From Macrostomum lignano (taxonomy: Eukaryota), in NCBI GenBank assembly GCA_002269645.1, contig NIVC01000507.1, positions 124,001 to 188,000 of the forward strand: a DNA stretch of 64,000 bases. The letters are read 5' to 3'. Below the pieces are notes generated by a model. That model made no database searches. It was given only the letters and a program-made list of their open reading frames with translations, and was not told where the DNA came from. Shown in pieces: positions 1 through 11,100 of the stretch (its first letter is position 1; each line of letters begins with the position of its first letter). Made by a program: the position numbers and the translations under genes.

Positions 1-167
1 GATGGGATTTCCCACTACTGGATGGAATTCCCTATTACTGGATGGGATTTTTTATTAATATGAGCGTAGTTAGGATTTTAAATTGGGATATTATACTATT
101 GCTCTAAAATGTAAGTATATTAAGTTGAGTTTTCTGCACCCCAAAATACTCATAACCGGACGCTCAC

Positions 168-3100
168 CCCCGCCGATAGAATCGACACTGGATGAGTGGC
201 GCCGGTACTTAGCAACCAGACAAACGGTCACAGGATCCAACGGCCGGTCCTCGAACACAGAGTCTAACGAGTACACCAGCTTCAGAGCGCGGACCTGTCT
301 AGCGGGCAGCGACAAACGGAACAAAGGCAATTCGCAGCCGCCATTGCCGCCGATGCCGCCGCCGACGCCGCCGCTCAGAGCGACGCGTAGACAGCCGCCG
401 CCCTGCCAGGCGCGAGACCGACACAACGACAAGTGCTGCTCAGCACCGCACAGCCAATAGTGCGGCATCGGGTGCGCCTCCCACAAGCTGTTCCAGGCGT
501 TTGTGGACACCAGGCGGCCGCGATCCCACCTGTGAGTAATTAATCGTGCGAATGTGTCGAGGGATTAATCAAGGGACTTAGGATTTACAATCAAGGGCTT
601 AATGATTCTAAATTAAGGGATTAAATATTCTTAATCAAGGGAATTAGCTCGTAGGATTCAAAATCAAGGGATAAAGGGATTCTTAATCAAAGGGATTATA
701 TTACTGCCATTCCTAGTCTAGTCCTAGCTCCTAGTAATCAAGGGATTAAGGATTATAAACCAAGGGATTATTGATTCTAAATCAAGGGATTAAAGGTTGT
801 CAATCAAGGGATTAAGGATTCTAAGCCAATGGATTAAGGATTATTAATAAATGGATTAAGGATTCTTAATAAAGGGATTAAGGATTCTTAATAAAGGGAT
901 TAAGGGTTCTAAATCAAGGGATTAAGAGTTGTGAATCAAGGGATTAAGGATTCAAACTCCAGAGGATTAAGAAACACCCGCCCCAGCCTCACTTGCAGAC
1001 GCCCTGGCCAAGGCAGAACGCGGTGTTTAACCGTCGTCCAGCCAAGGGCCGGGGTTCGCCCAGCAGTGGAGTCATGCCGGCCCAGAACTCCAGAGTCCTG
1101 TCCACCAGACTCTCCCAAAGGTTCGCGGCGTCTCCATCGGCTTCGTCTGGTTCAGCCGCCGATCGGCAGGTCTCGTAGGCCCAGCCGGGCGCGAACAGTC
1201 CAACGCCCAGCTGCTGATTCTCGACAATCATTCGCACAGCCTCCGAGCAGTTGAAGCCGCCGCCGCCGGGGCAGCCACGGCCGAAGCAGTCGACGCCGAC
1301 ATAGACGGTTAGAGCCGAAGAGGACGACGACTGAAGCTCGGCCAGCCTGCCGGCTGTAGACTTCAACAAGTCGGCAGTCCAGCAGTAGTTCAACAGGATT
1401 GAGCCGGCCGCTATCAGGAAGTCTTCGTTCAACGCATTGACGCTGTTCTGCCAGAGAAGCTGGCCGTCCGTGATTACGGAGTCGTACCAGACGATGTGCA
1501 GGCTCGACTATTGACGGGGGAGGGGGGCGGCGGCAGAGTATCATAATTATATAATAGTAATAACTGCAGGGGGCTGTGGCCACCATTGGTGGGGATAGTA
1601 GATAGATGTATATAAACAAGTAGATAAATGTAAAGTGTGAGAAGTAGAGAGATGTTATGTAATATGAGGAGTATATAGATAAATCTGAGTAGACTGATGT
1701 ATCTGAGAAGTAGATAGATGTATCTGAGAAGTAGATAGATGTATCTTAGAAGTAGATAGATGTATCTTAGAAGTAGATAGATGTATCTGAGAAGTAGATA
1801 GATGTATCTGAGAAGTAGATAGATGTATCTGAGAAGTAGATAGATGTATCTGAGAAGTAGATAGATGTATCTGAGAAGTAGATAGATGTATCTGAGAAGT
1901 AGATAGATGTATATGAGAAGTAGATAGATGTATCTGAGAAGTAAATAGACGTATCTGAGAAGTAGATAGATGTATCTGAGAAGTAGATAGATGTATCTTA
2001 GAAGTAGATAGATGTATCTTAGAAGTAGATAGATGTATCTGAGAAGTAAATAGATGTATCTTAGAAGTAGATAGATGTATCTTAGAAGTAGATAGATGTA
2101 TCTTAGAAGTAGATAGATGTATCTGAGAAGTAGATAGATGTATCTTAGAAGTAGATAGATGTATCTGAGAAGTAGATAGATGTATCTTAGAAGTAGATAG
2201 ATGTATCTTAGAAGTAGATAGATGTATCTTAGAAGTAGATAGATGTATCTGAGAAGTAGATAGACGTATGAGAAGTAAATAGATGTATCTTAGAAGTAGA
2301 TAGATGTATCTGAGAAGTAGATAGATGTATCTGAGAAGTAGATAGATGTATCTTAGAAGTAGATAGATGTATCTTAGAAGTAGATAGATGTATCTTAGAA
2401 GTAGATAGATGTATCTGAGAAGTAGATAGATGTATCTGAGAAGTAGATAGATGTATCTGAGAAGTAAATAGATGTATCTTAGAAGTAGATAGATGTATCT
2501 GAGAAGTAGATAGACGTATGAGAAGTAAATAGATGTATCTTAGAAGTAGATAGATGTATCTGAGAAGTAGATAGATGTATCTGAGAAGTAAATAGATGTA
2601 TCTGAGAAGTAGATAGACGTATCTGAGAAGTAGATAGACGTATCTGAGAAGTAGATAGATGTATCTGAGAAGTAGATAGACGTATGAGAAGTAAATAGAT
2701 GTATCTTAGAAGTAGATAGACGTATCTGAGAAGTAGATAGATGTATCTGAGAAGTAAATAGATGTATCTGAGAAGTAGATAGACGTATCTGAGAAGTAGA
2801 TAGACGTATCTGAGAAGTAGATACCGGTAGATGTAATTTAAGAAGTAGATAAGAGTGTTAAATCGAACTAAGCGCAAAAACAGTTTCCTACTACGGGTAG
2901 TGGCAAGTGAATTGAATTGAAAATTCAATCTCTAAGATAAATCAAAGCCTGAAAAAAATCTGACAGGAGACACGGTGTGACAGGAAGTGCGCGCAGTTCC
3001 TTTAGGGATAAAAAAAATACTACACAAGGTCTTCCTGACCTTGAGCGGCAGCTTAAAGGTAAAAGAAATTGCTTTCACAATTAAACCCTGGCCTCTGCCG

Positions 3101-4175
3101 ACAGAAAAAGGAACAGGGTGTATGCTTGAACGATTCCGAATGTAAAAGATTGTGATAATTTTGGCTAAATAAAGCCTAGCTTGAGGGGGGACTCGTATAA
3201 AAAATAATTAGTCTAATTAAAGGGCACTGGATTAGTCAAGACTTTTAAGGGCAAAAGAGGTAAGGTCACTGAAAAATAGCCAAATACAGAATTTGGAGGC
3301 AAATACGAAGCACAAATCAATTTGGGGGCGCCAATCTAGGCTATCAGGGGGAGGGGCAAAAATCTGAGGTATAAGGTGGCGCCAATCTTGGTTTTCGGGG
3401 GCGCCAATCTTTGTTATCGGGGGCGCCAATCTTTGTTATCAGGGGCGCCAATCTTTGTTATCGGGGGCGCCAATCTTTGTTATCAGGGACGCCAATCTGG
3501 GCTATCGGGGGCGCCAATCTGGGCTATCGGGAGCGCCAATCTGGGCTATCGGGGGCGCCAATCTGGGCTATCGGGAGCGCCAATCTGGGCTATCGGGGGC
3601 GCCAATCTGGGCTATCGGGGAGGAGGGGGAATGCCGGATCTCAAACCCGCACCCACCTTGGATTTGAGGCGCCGAACGAACGCCTGCAGAGCCGGCACCA
3701 GCTCAGCTGGCAGCGCCACCTCAACGTTGATCAGCCAGCCGTCGAAGCCGCCAGCATCGGCCAGGTCAATCAGCCGGTCCGCCCAGCCAATCGCGTCTTT
3801 CTCGTTGCTAAGCAACTGACGCATCGCTTCTAAGCCGCTGTCCCATTCGGCAATGAAAGTGCCCAGACAGGGGACACCGTGCCTGTGGCACAGGTCCACC
3901 CAGCCAGCGGGGGGTATCGTCACTAAATGGTGGCTAAAGTAAACAAACGAGTCAATTAGATGCCAGTGGAACAAGCGAAACGCGCTAGCATTAGCGTTGC
4001 CATAGAGATAAGCGTCGTCAAGGTAGCCGCCTTGCATATCGTGGCAGACTAATACCCGAGGCGAGGATGTTGGCAGGTCCTCTCTGGGCGCCAGCGCCGA
4101 AGGCTGACGGACGGTCTGACCCGGCCGCCATGCAGCCAGCTCGTTCAGGGATTTGATTGGCTCTTGGCGGGTCAT
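168..4175 (-). CDS. ENGASE: Cytosolic endo-beta-N-acetylglucosaminidase (GH85); three exons in window, 3' end lies beyond the left edge
   Basis: Exons 4175-3657 (donor GTGGGT), 1507-993 (TAG acceptor, GTGAGG donor) and 529-168 (CAG, GTGAGC); phases 0 and 2 join in frame. GH85 motifs VLVCHDMQGGY, FVYFSHHLVTIPP, HGVPCLGTFIAEW, catalytic GFDGWLINVE, IVWYDSV, GLFAPGWAYE. No signal peptide. Confidence 0.93.
545..960. repeat. Degenerate minisatellite (AATCAAGGGATTAAGGATTCT-like) filling ENGase intron 2
   Basis: Repeated AATCAAGGGATT motif. Confidence 0.8.
1690..2822. repeat. 21-bp minisatellite GATGTATCTGAGAAGTAGATA, ENGase intron 1
   Basis: About 54 tandem units. Confidence 0.97.
3320..3620. repeat. 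22-bp minisatellite CTGGGCTATCGGGGGCGCCAAT, ENGase intron 1 near the donor
   Basis: Tandem units with TTTGTT/CTGGGC variants. Confidence 0.95.
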
Positions 4176-4311
4176 GTGTGTACACGCTAGGCTGCTGCAA
4201 CAGTGGCTTATTTGCCAAGACAATTGAGCACGCTTTAACAACTTGAAGAATTCACGGGAAAAAACTATTATAATATTATAATTCTCTTCGTCTCAAATTG
4301 CTTGTACAACA

Positions 4312-4896
4312 GATTCAAAATCATTTCTATATCGGATTCAAAATCATTTCTATATCGGATTCAAAATCATTTTATATCAGATTCAAAATCATTTCCATGC
4401 CTGATTCAAAATCATTTCTATATCGGATTCAAAATCATTTCTATATCGGATTCAAAATCATTTTATATCAGATTCAAAATCATTTCCATGCCTGATTCAA
4501 AATCATTTCTATATCGGATTCAAAATCATTTCTATATCAGATTCAAAATCATTTCTATATCGGATTCAAAATCATTTCTATATCAGATTCAAAATCATTT
4601 CTATATCGGATTCAAAATCATTTCTATATCAGATTCAAAATCATTTCTATATCAGATTCAAAATCATTTCTATATCGGATTCGAAATCATTTTTATATCG
4701 GATTCGAAATCATTTCTATATCGGATTCAAAATCATTTCTATATCGGATTCGAAATCATTTTTATATCGGATTCAAAATCATTTCTATATCGGATTCGAA
4801 ATCATTTCTATATCGGATTCAAAATCATTTCTATATCGGATTCAAAATCATTTCTATATCGGATTCGAAATCATTTCTATATCGGATTCGAAATCA
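4312..4896. repeat. 23-bp minisatellite GATTCAAAATCATTTCTATATCG upstream of ENGase
   Basis: About 25 tandem units. Confidence 0.97.
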
Positions 4897-5338
4897 TTGT
4901 TGGGATTATTTTAAGATTAGAATAATTTTAGTATATTAGATTGTTTCCTGTTTATCCCGTGACAGAACTTTCACGCGGACAACAACACTATGGGATTACA
5001 ATGACCTGGCGACTTAATCTCAGATAGAAAGAGTTCCCTGACCCTATTGAGTCAATCCTGAGGGCGGTAATCTGATATGATCATATTCAGCCACTGTAGT
5101 CACTCATAAATAATCAATCAAATCAAAAACCTGACCTGGATGAGCAGGGAGGCTATGAGGGGACCGAGAGAAGCCCAGAGCGCAGAGACGCATCAAAAAT
5201 TGAATTGCAGGCTTCTCGTGCCACGACCCCCTGCTAGTTCGACTTCTTGCCCGGCAACATTGATTTGGGGCACACAAATTGGCCGATGGGTTCACGTGCG
5301 ACTCACACCCGGCCCAGGAGGGCCAAAACTCAAGGCAC

Positions 5339-6284
5339 AGGGCAGTATTGGAAATCTCACCTATCTAGAAAGGGCAGTATTGGAAATCTCACCTATCTAG
5401 AAAGGGCAGTATTGGAATCTCACCTATCTAGAAGGGCAGTATTGGAAATCCCACCTATCTAGAAAGGGCAGTATTGGAATCTCACCTATCTAGAAAGGGC
5501 AGTATTGGAAATCCCACCTATCTAGAAAGGGCAGTATTGGAAATCTCACCTATCTAGAAAGGGCAGTATTGGAAATCTCACCTATCTAGAAAGGGTAGTA
5601 TTGGAAATCTCACCTATCTAGAAGGGCAGTATTGGAAATCTCACCTATCTAGAAAGGGCAGTATTGGAAATCTCACCTATCTAGAAAGGGCAGTATTGGA
5701 AATCTCACCTATCTAGAAAGGGCAGTATTGGAATCTCACCTATCTAGAAGGGCAGTATTGGAATCTCACCTATCTAGAAAGGGCAGTATTGGAAATCTCA
5801 CCTATCTAGAAAGGGCAGTATTGGAAATCTCACCTATCTAGAAAGGGCAGTATTGGAAATCTCACCTATCTAGAAAGGGCAGTATTGGAAATCTCACCTA
5901 TCTAGAAGGGCAGTATTGGAAATCTCACCTATCTAGAAAGGGCAGTATTGGAAATCTCACCTATCTAGAAAGGGCAGTATTGGAAATCTCACCTATCTAG
6001 AAAGGGCAGTATTGGAAATCTCACCTATCTAGAAAGGGCAGTATTGGAAATCTCACCTATCTAGAAAGGGCAGTATTGGAAATCTCACCTATCTAGAAAG
6101 GGCAGTATTGGAAATCTCACCTATCTAGAAAGGGCAGTATTTGAAATCTCACCTATCTAGAAAGGGCAGTATTGGAAATCTCACCTATCTAGAAAGGGCA
6201 GTATTGGAAATCTCACCTATCTAGAAAGGGCAGTATTTGAAATCTCACCTATCTAGAAAGGGCAGTATTGGAAATCTCACCTAG
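5339..6284. repeat. 32-bp minisatellite GGGCAGTATTGGAAATCTCACCTATCTAGAAA
   Basis: About 29 near-identical units. Confidence 0.97.
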
Positions 6285-6897
6285 CACACCGAAAGCCTTG
6301 ACGTCAGACACAGAAAGGAAGCGGTAAAGTTGGCAAATAAGTAAGGCAACACATGTATTAATAGCAGACTGCAGATGTTGGAACTCTATATTTAATTTTT
6401 TCGCCGTGTCGCTTTGATCAACAAGATAAAAAGATGCAGGCAGCTGGTTCTTATCTTACTGACTGGAGAAGCTGCGCACAAAACGGATACAAGGAGACAG
6501 GAAGAGAAAAAAGCTCAAGACAAACAATAGGTAAAGCAAACTGCTTCGACTCGAAATAATTCTACTTGACATAAAAAATAAAACAATAGACAAAACTAAA
6601 AGTAATACTGTTGCATTACTTGCGTTGTCATTCACGTAATGGTATTTGTAATAAGATTACTAATAATATTATTCAATACTATAGCAAGATTAAATGTTTG
6701 TATTATTACTATTATTACTATTACTATTAGTGTCATTAGTTTAAGAAGTAAACATTAAAACAATAAATATAGTACGTTTTGATCAAAACAAGAAAATCCT
6801 GTGTCATTTATTATACTAATAGCATTACACAGCGGAACTGCACGACTTAAGGATAACAAAATATACACTGTCGCTTGACAAGAAGCGCAGAGACCCT

Positions 6898-7560
6898 TCT
6901 GAAGCTTCAGTTGTAGCGGGAAGATCCTACCCCTCTGAAGCTTCAGTTGTAGCGGGAAGATCCTACCCCTCTGAAGCTTCAGTTGTAGCGGGAAGATCCT
7001 ACCCCTCTGAAGCTTCAGTTGTAGCGGGAAGATCCTACCCCTCTGAAGCTTCAGTTGTAGCGGGAAGATCCTACCCCTCTGAAGCTTCAGTTGTAGCGGG
7101 AAGATCCTACCCCTCTGAAGCTTCAGTTGTAGCGGGAAGATCCTACCCCTCTGAAGCTTCAGAAATCTACTGAGGCTTTAGGGCACCGAAGGAAGGGGTA
7201 CCGGAGAAGTTTCAGGGGTACCGGAGAAGCCTCGGGAGTCCGGGAGAAGCTTCGGGGGTATTGGAGGCCTATTGAAGTTTCAGGGGTACCAGAGAAGCTT
7301 CAGGGGTACCGGAGAAGTTTCAGGGGTACCGGAGAAGATTTAGGGGTACCGGAGAAGCTTCAGGGGTACCGGAGAAGCTTCAGGGGTACCGGAGAAGATT
7401 TAGGGGTACCGGAGAAGCTTCAGAGGTACCGGAGAAGCTTCAGGGGTACCGGAGAAGCTTCAGGGGTACCGGAGAAGCTTCAGGGGTACCGGAGAAGCTT
7501 CAGGGGTACCGGAGAAGCTTCAGGGGTACCAGAGAAGCTTCAGGGGTATGGCAGAAGTCC
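6898..7560. repeat. Adjacent 36-bp (6898-7163) and 20-bp (7190-7560) minisatellites sharing GAAGCTTCAG
   Basis: Units CTGAAGCTTCAGTTGTAGCGGGAAGATCCTACCCCT and GAAGCTTCAGGGGTACCGGA. Confidence 0.95.
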
Positions 7561-7708
7561 TAATGGAGCTTCAAAAACCTTGACTCCAGAAAGCTACTGA
7601 AGGGAAGGAATAAAGATTAGGGAATGCTTCAGCATTTGACTGTTTGCAACTTTGACGACACAAAGCTAAAAGAACAAAAATCGTCATTAAGTTAAACTGG
7701 AAACTTGT

Positions 7709-8159
7709 TCAGCTGTCATCGGTTCCGGGCTTCTCGCGCACTGTAGCCGCACGACTCTGCGAACAGCAGGTGGCAACGGAGACCTCCGGATCGAGGATTT
7801 CCTCCTCGGAGCTGTCCGAAGAGTACGCGTCAAGGCTGCTACCGCTGGCAGTGGCCGTCGGCGAAGTCGAGTGGCAAGGAATCTGCAGCGAGTGCACCAG
7901 CGCTGGGAACTGCGTCAGACCTGCGAAGGAAGAGATAGATAGATAGATGGATAGATGGATAGATAGATAGATAGATGGATAGATAGATAGATAGAGAGAC
8001 AGATAGATGGATAGATAGATAGATGGATAGATGGATAGATGGATAGATAGATGGATAGATGGATAGATAGATAGATAGATAGATAGATACAGATAGATAG
8101 ATAGACAGATAAATAGATAGATAGACAGATGGATAGATGGATAGATAGATGGATAGATG

Positions 8160-8190
<31 letters not shown>

Positions 8191-11100
8191 TGATAGATAG
8201 AGATAGATAGACAGACAGACAGATAGATAGATAGACAGATAGATTGATAGATAGATAGATAGACAGACAGATAGATAGATAGACAGATAGATTGATAGAT
8301 AGAGAGATAGATATATAGATAGATAGATAGATAGATAGAGAGACAGATCACTGGCAAGGGCGGCACAGAGAGAAGCGGGGGTCGCAGGGATGGCAGAAGA
8401 ATAGATATCAGGCCCAGAGAAGCGGCGGAAGGCCGGCCTTTACCGCCGGCCATCCCTTATCGATTCCGAAAAACCAAATAATCTGATCTCGCCCTGTGCG
8501 CTATCGATTCCGTAGCCCAAATCCCCTCGCCCCAGCTCGTGAAGGAGTCCACCGCCCCACTGTCCCCCATCTATTTTAGAGGACGGACCAAGGCCGCCCG
8601 CCGACCTGTGGGGGGGGGGGGTTAGGCCAGTCTAAAAATAGCATTCAGAACCGGGCCGGTTCCCACACTGCAACCCCACTCCACTCACTCACTCCCTTGC
8701 CCAGCCCTCAACCAAGAGTTGTTTTGCTGACCCACTCCAACTAGCTAGCTAAATATAAGTGCAAATCTGCGCTGTACAGGAGGGATTATTCTGCCTCCTC
8801 CCCCCAGCTGGGCCAGCTTCACCCAAACCCCCCCCGTTTCCCGCGCTCCCACTCCAATTGCAGCACTATTCTCCTGTTCTATTCTGGTCTAACACAACGG
8901 CAGTTGCTGCCTTGCCCTTCCTAAAACTATTAAAAGTACATTCAGACGACCTGAGTTTAACGCGAGAACAATATTATCTAGTCCGAACTAAAGAGGCCGA
9001 TAAAAGTACAGTTGGTACCTCTTTTTCCCCGATAACTCTTTTCTGGCTTCCATTCTCACCCTTTATGTTCCCCTAGTATCTCATCCTTTATCTTCCCTAG
9101 TATCTCACCCTTTATCTTCCCTAGTATCTCATCCTTTATCTTCGCTAGTATCTCATCCTTTATCTTCCCTAGTATCTCATCCTTTATCTTCCCGAGTATC
9201 TCACCCTTTATCTTCCATAATATTTCACCCTTTATGTTCGCCTATTATCTCATCCTTTATGTTCCCCTATAATCTCACCCTTTATCTTCCCTAGTATCTC
9301 ACCCTTTATCTTCTCTAGTATCTCACCCTTTATCTTCCATAATATTTCACCCTTTATGTTCCCCTAGTATCTCATCCTTTATCTTCCCTAGTATCTCACC
9401 CTTTATCTTCCCTAGTATCTCATCCTTTATCTTCGCTAGTATCTCATCCTTTATCTTCCCTAGTATCTCATCCTTTATCTTCCCGAGTATCTCACCCTTT
9501 ATCTTCCATAATATTTCACCCTTTATGTTCGCCTAGTATCTCATCCTTTATGTTCCCCTATAATCTCACCCTTTATCTTCCCTAGTATCTCACCCTTTAT
9601 CTTCTCTAGTATCTCACCCTTTATCTTCCATAATATTTCACCCTTTATGTTCCCCTAGTATCTCATCCTTTATCTTCCCTAGTATCTCACCCTTTATCTT
9701 CCCTAGTATCTCATCCTTTATCTTCGCTAGTATCTCATCCTTTATCTTCCCTAGTATCTCATCCTTTATCTTCCCGAGTATCTCACCCTTTATCTTCCAT
9801 AATATTTCACCCTTTATGTTCGCCTATTATCTCATCCTTTATGTTCCCCTATAATCTCACCCTTTATCTTCCCTAGTATCTCATCCTTTATCTTCCCTAG
9901 TATCTCACCCTTTATCTTCCCTAGTATCTCACCCTTTATCTTCCCTAGTATCTCACCCTTTATCTTCCCTAGTATCTCACCCTTTATCTTCCCTAGTATC
10001 TCACCCTTTATCTTCCCTAGTATCTCATCCTTTATCTTCCCTAGTATCTCACCCTTTATCTTCCCTAGTATCTCACCCTTTATCTTCCCTAGTATCTCAT
10101 CCTTTATCTTCCCTAGTATCTCACCCTTTATCTTCCATAATATTTCACCCTTTATGTTCGCCTAGTATCTCACCCTTTATCTTCCCTAGTATCTCACCCT
10201 TTATCTTCCCTAGTATCTCACCCTTTATCTTCCCTAGTATCTCACCCTTTATCTTCCCTAGTATCACATCCCTCCCTCATTTGTTCCGCTCCAAAAATCA
10301 ACAAAAAAACGCTATCGAAACAAGACGGATAATTAGGCTCTACAGGAGCTAACACAGGGTTTGACGTGAGCTCATTCCCTAAATATAAAATTGTGTCGAC
10401 GTTTAGGTTAAAAATAGGCTCGAGTGTAGGGCCAGAGTGCGGGAATTAAAGGGGCCTTCACTATAAAAGGAGAGGTGGGAGAGAAGGATGAAGAGAACAC
10501 AGCAGGGTGTGGGCGGATTACTCAGTGGAACTTACTCCGTTCCTTAGCTTTCCTCTCCCACTCTCACTCTCTGCCAATACAAGCCGCCCCCCCCCGCAAA
10601 AAATACCGCCGGCAAGCTAGAAAAACCGGAAGGTCATAAAAAGGAAGTCCTACTAGGAGAGATGAATGCGTAAATTACTGCATAGGCAAAAATTTCAATA
10701 GCAATCAAGCTATAGGGGAGATTAATAATAAAAATAGCAAGATTGACGAAATCTCTTTGACATGGCAGGATTGAAAAAGATTAAATTGCGAACGGGAAGG
10801 ACACGGGACAGAGGGATTAAGGTGAGTAGTCGTAGAAGCCAAAGCTTTGAAGCTGAGCGAAGGCATAATAATTAATAAGCTAGTTTGGCATCTCACCAAC
10901 TCACCTGCCTCTGGCTCACAAAGGGGAATAGAGGGCAGACACAGGGGAATAGAGGGCAGACACAGGGGAATAGAAGGCAGACACGTAGCAGAATAGACAC
11001 ACACGGAGAGCGGGAAGAGACACACATGGGAAGCGGAAAGAGACACACACGGGAGCGGGAAGAGACACACACGGAGAGCGGGAAGAGACACACGGGAGCG

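Noticed and set aside
5104-5400. Short ORFs between Ric-8 and ENGase
   Set aside because: No homology recognised; they run into the 32-bp array.
8470-8520. GYGIDS on the minus strand as the missing Ric-8 YGNAAG exon
   Set aside because: No suitable acceptor, poor similarity beyond GYG, frame stops soon after.
10895-10920. CCAG-AGGCAG-GTGAGT as a Ric-8 micro-exon
   Set aside because: Strong donor but no clear polypyrimidine/branch context and no homology gain; cannot be supported without RNA data.
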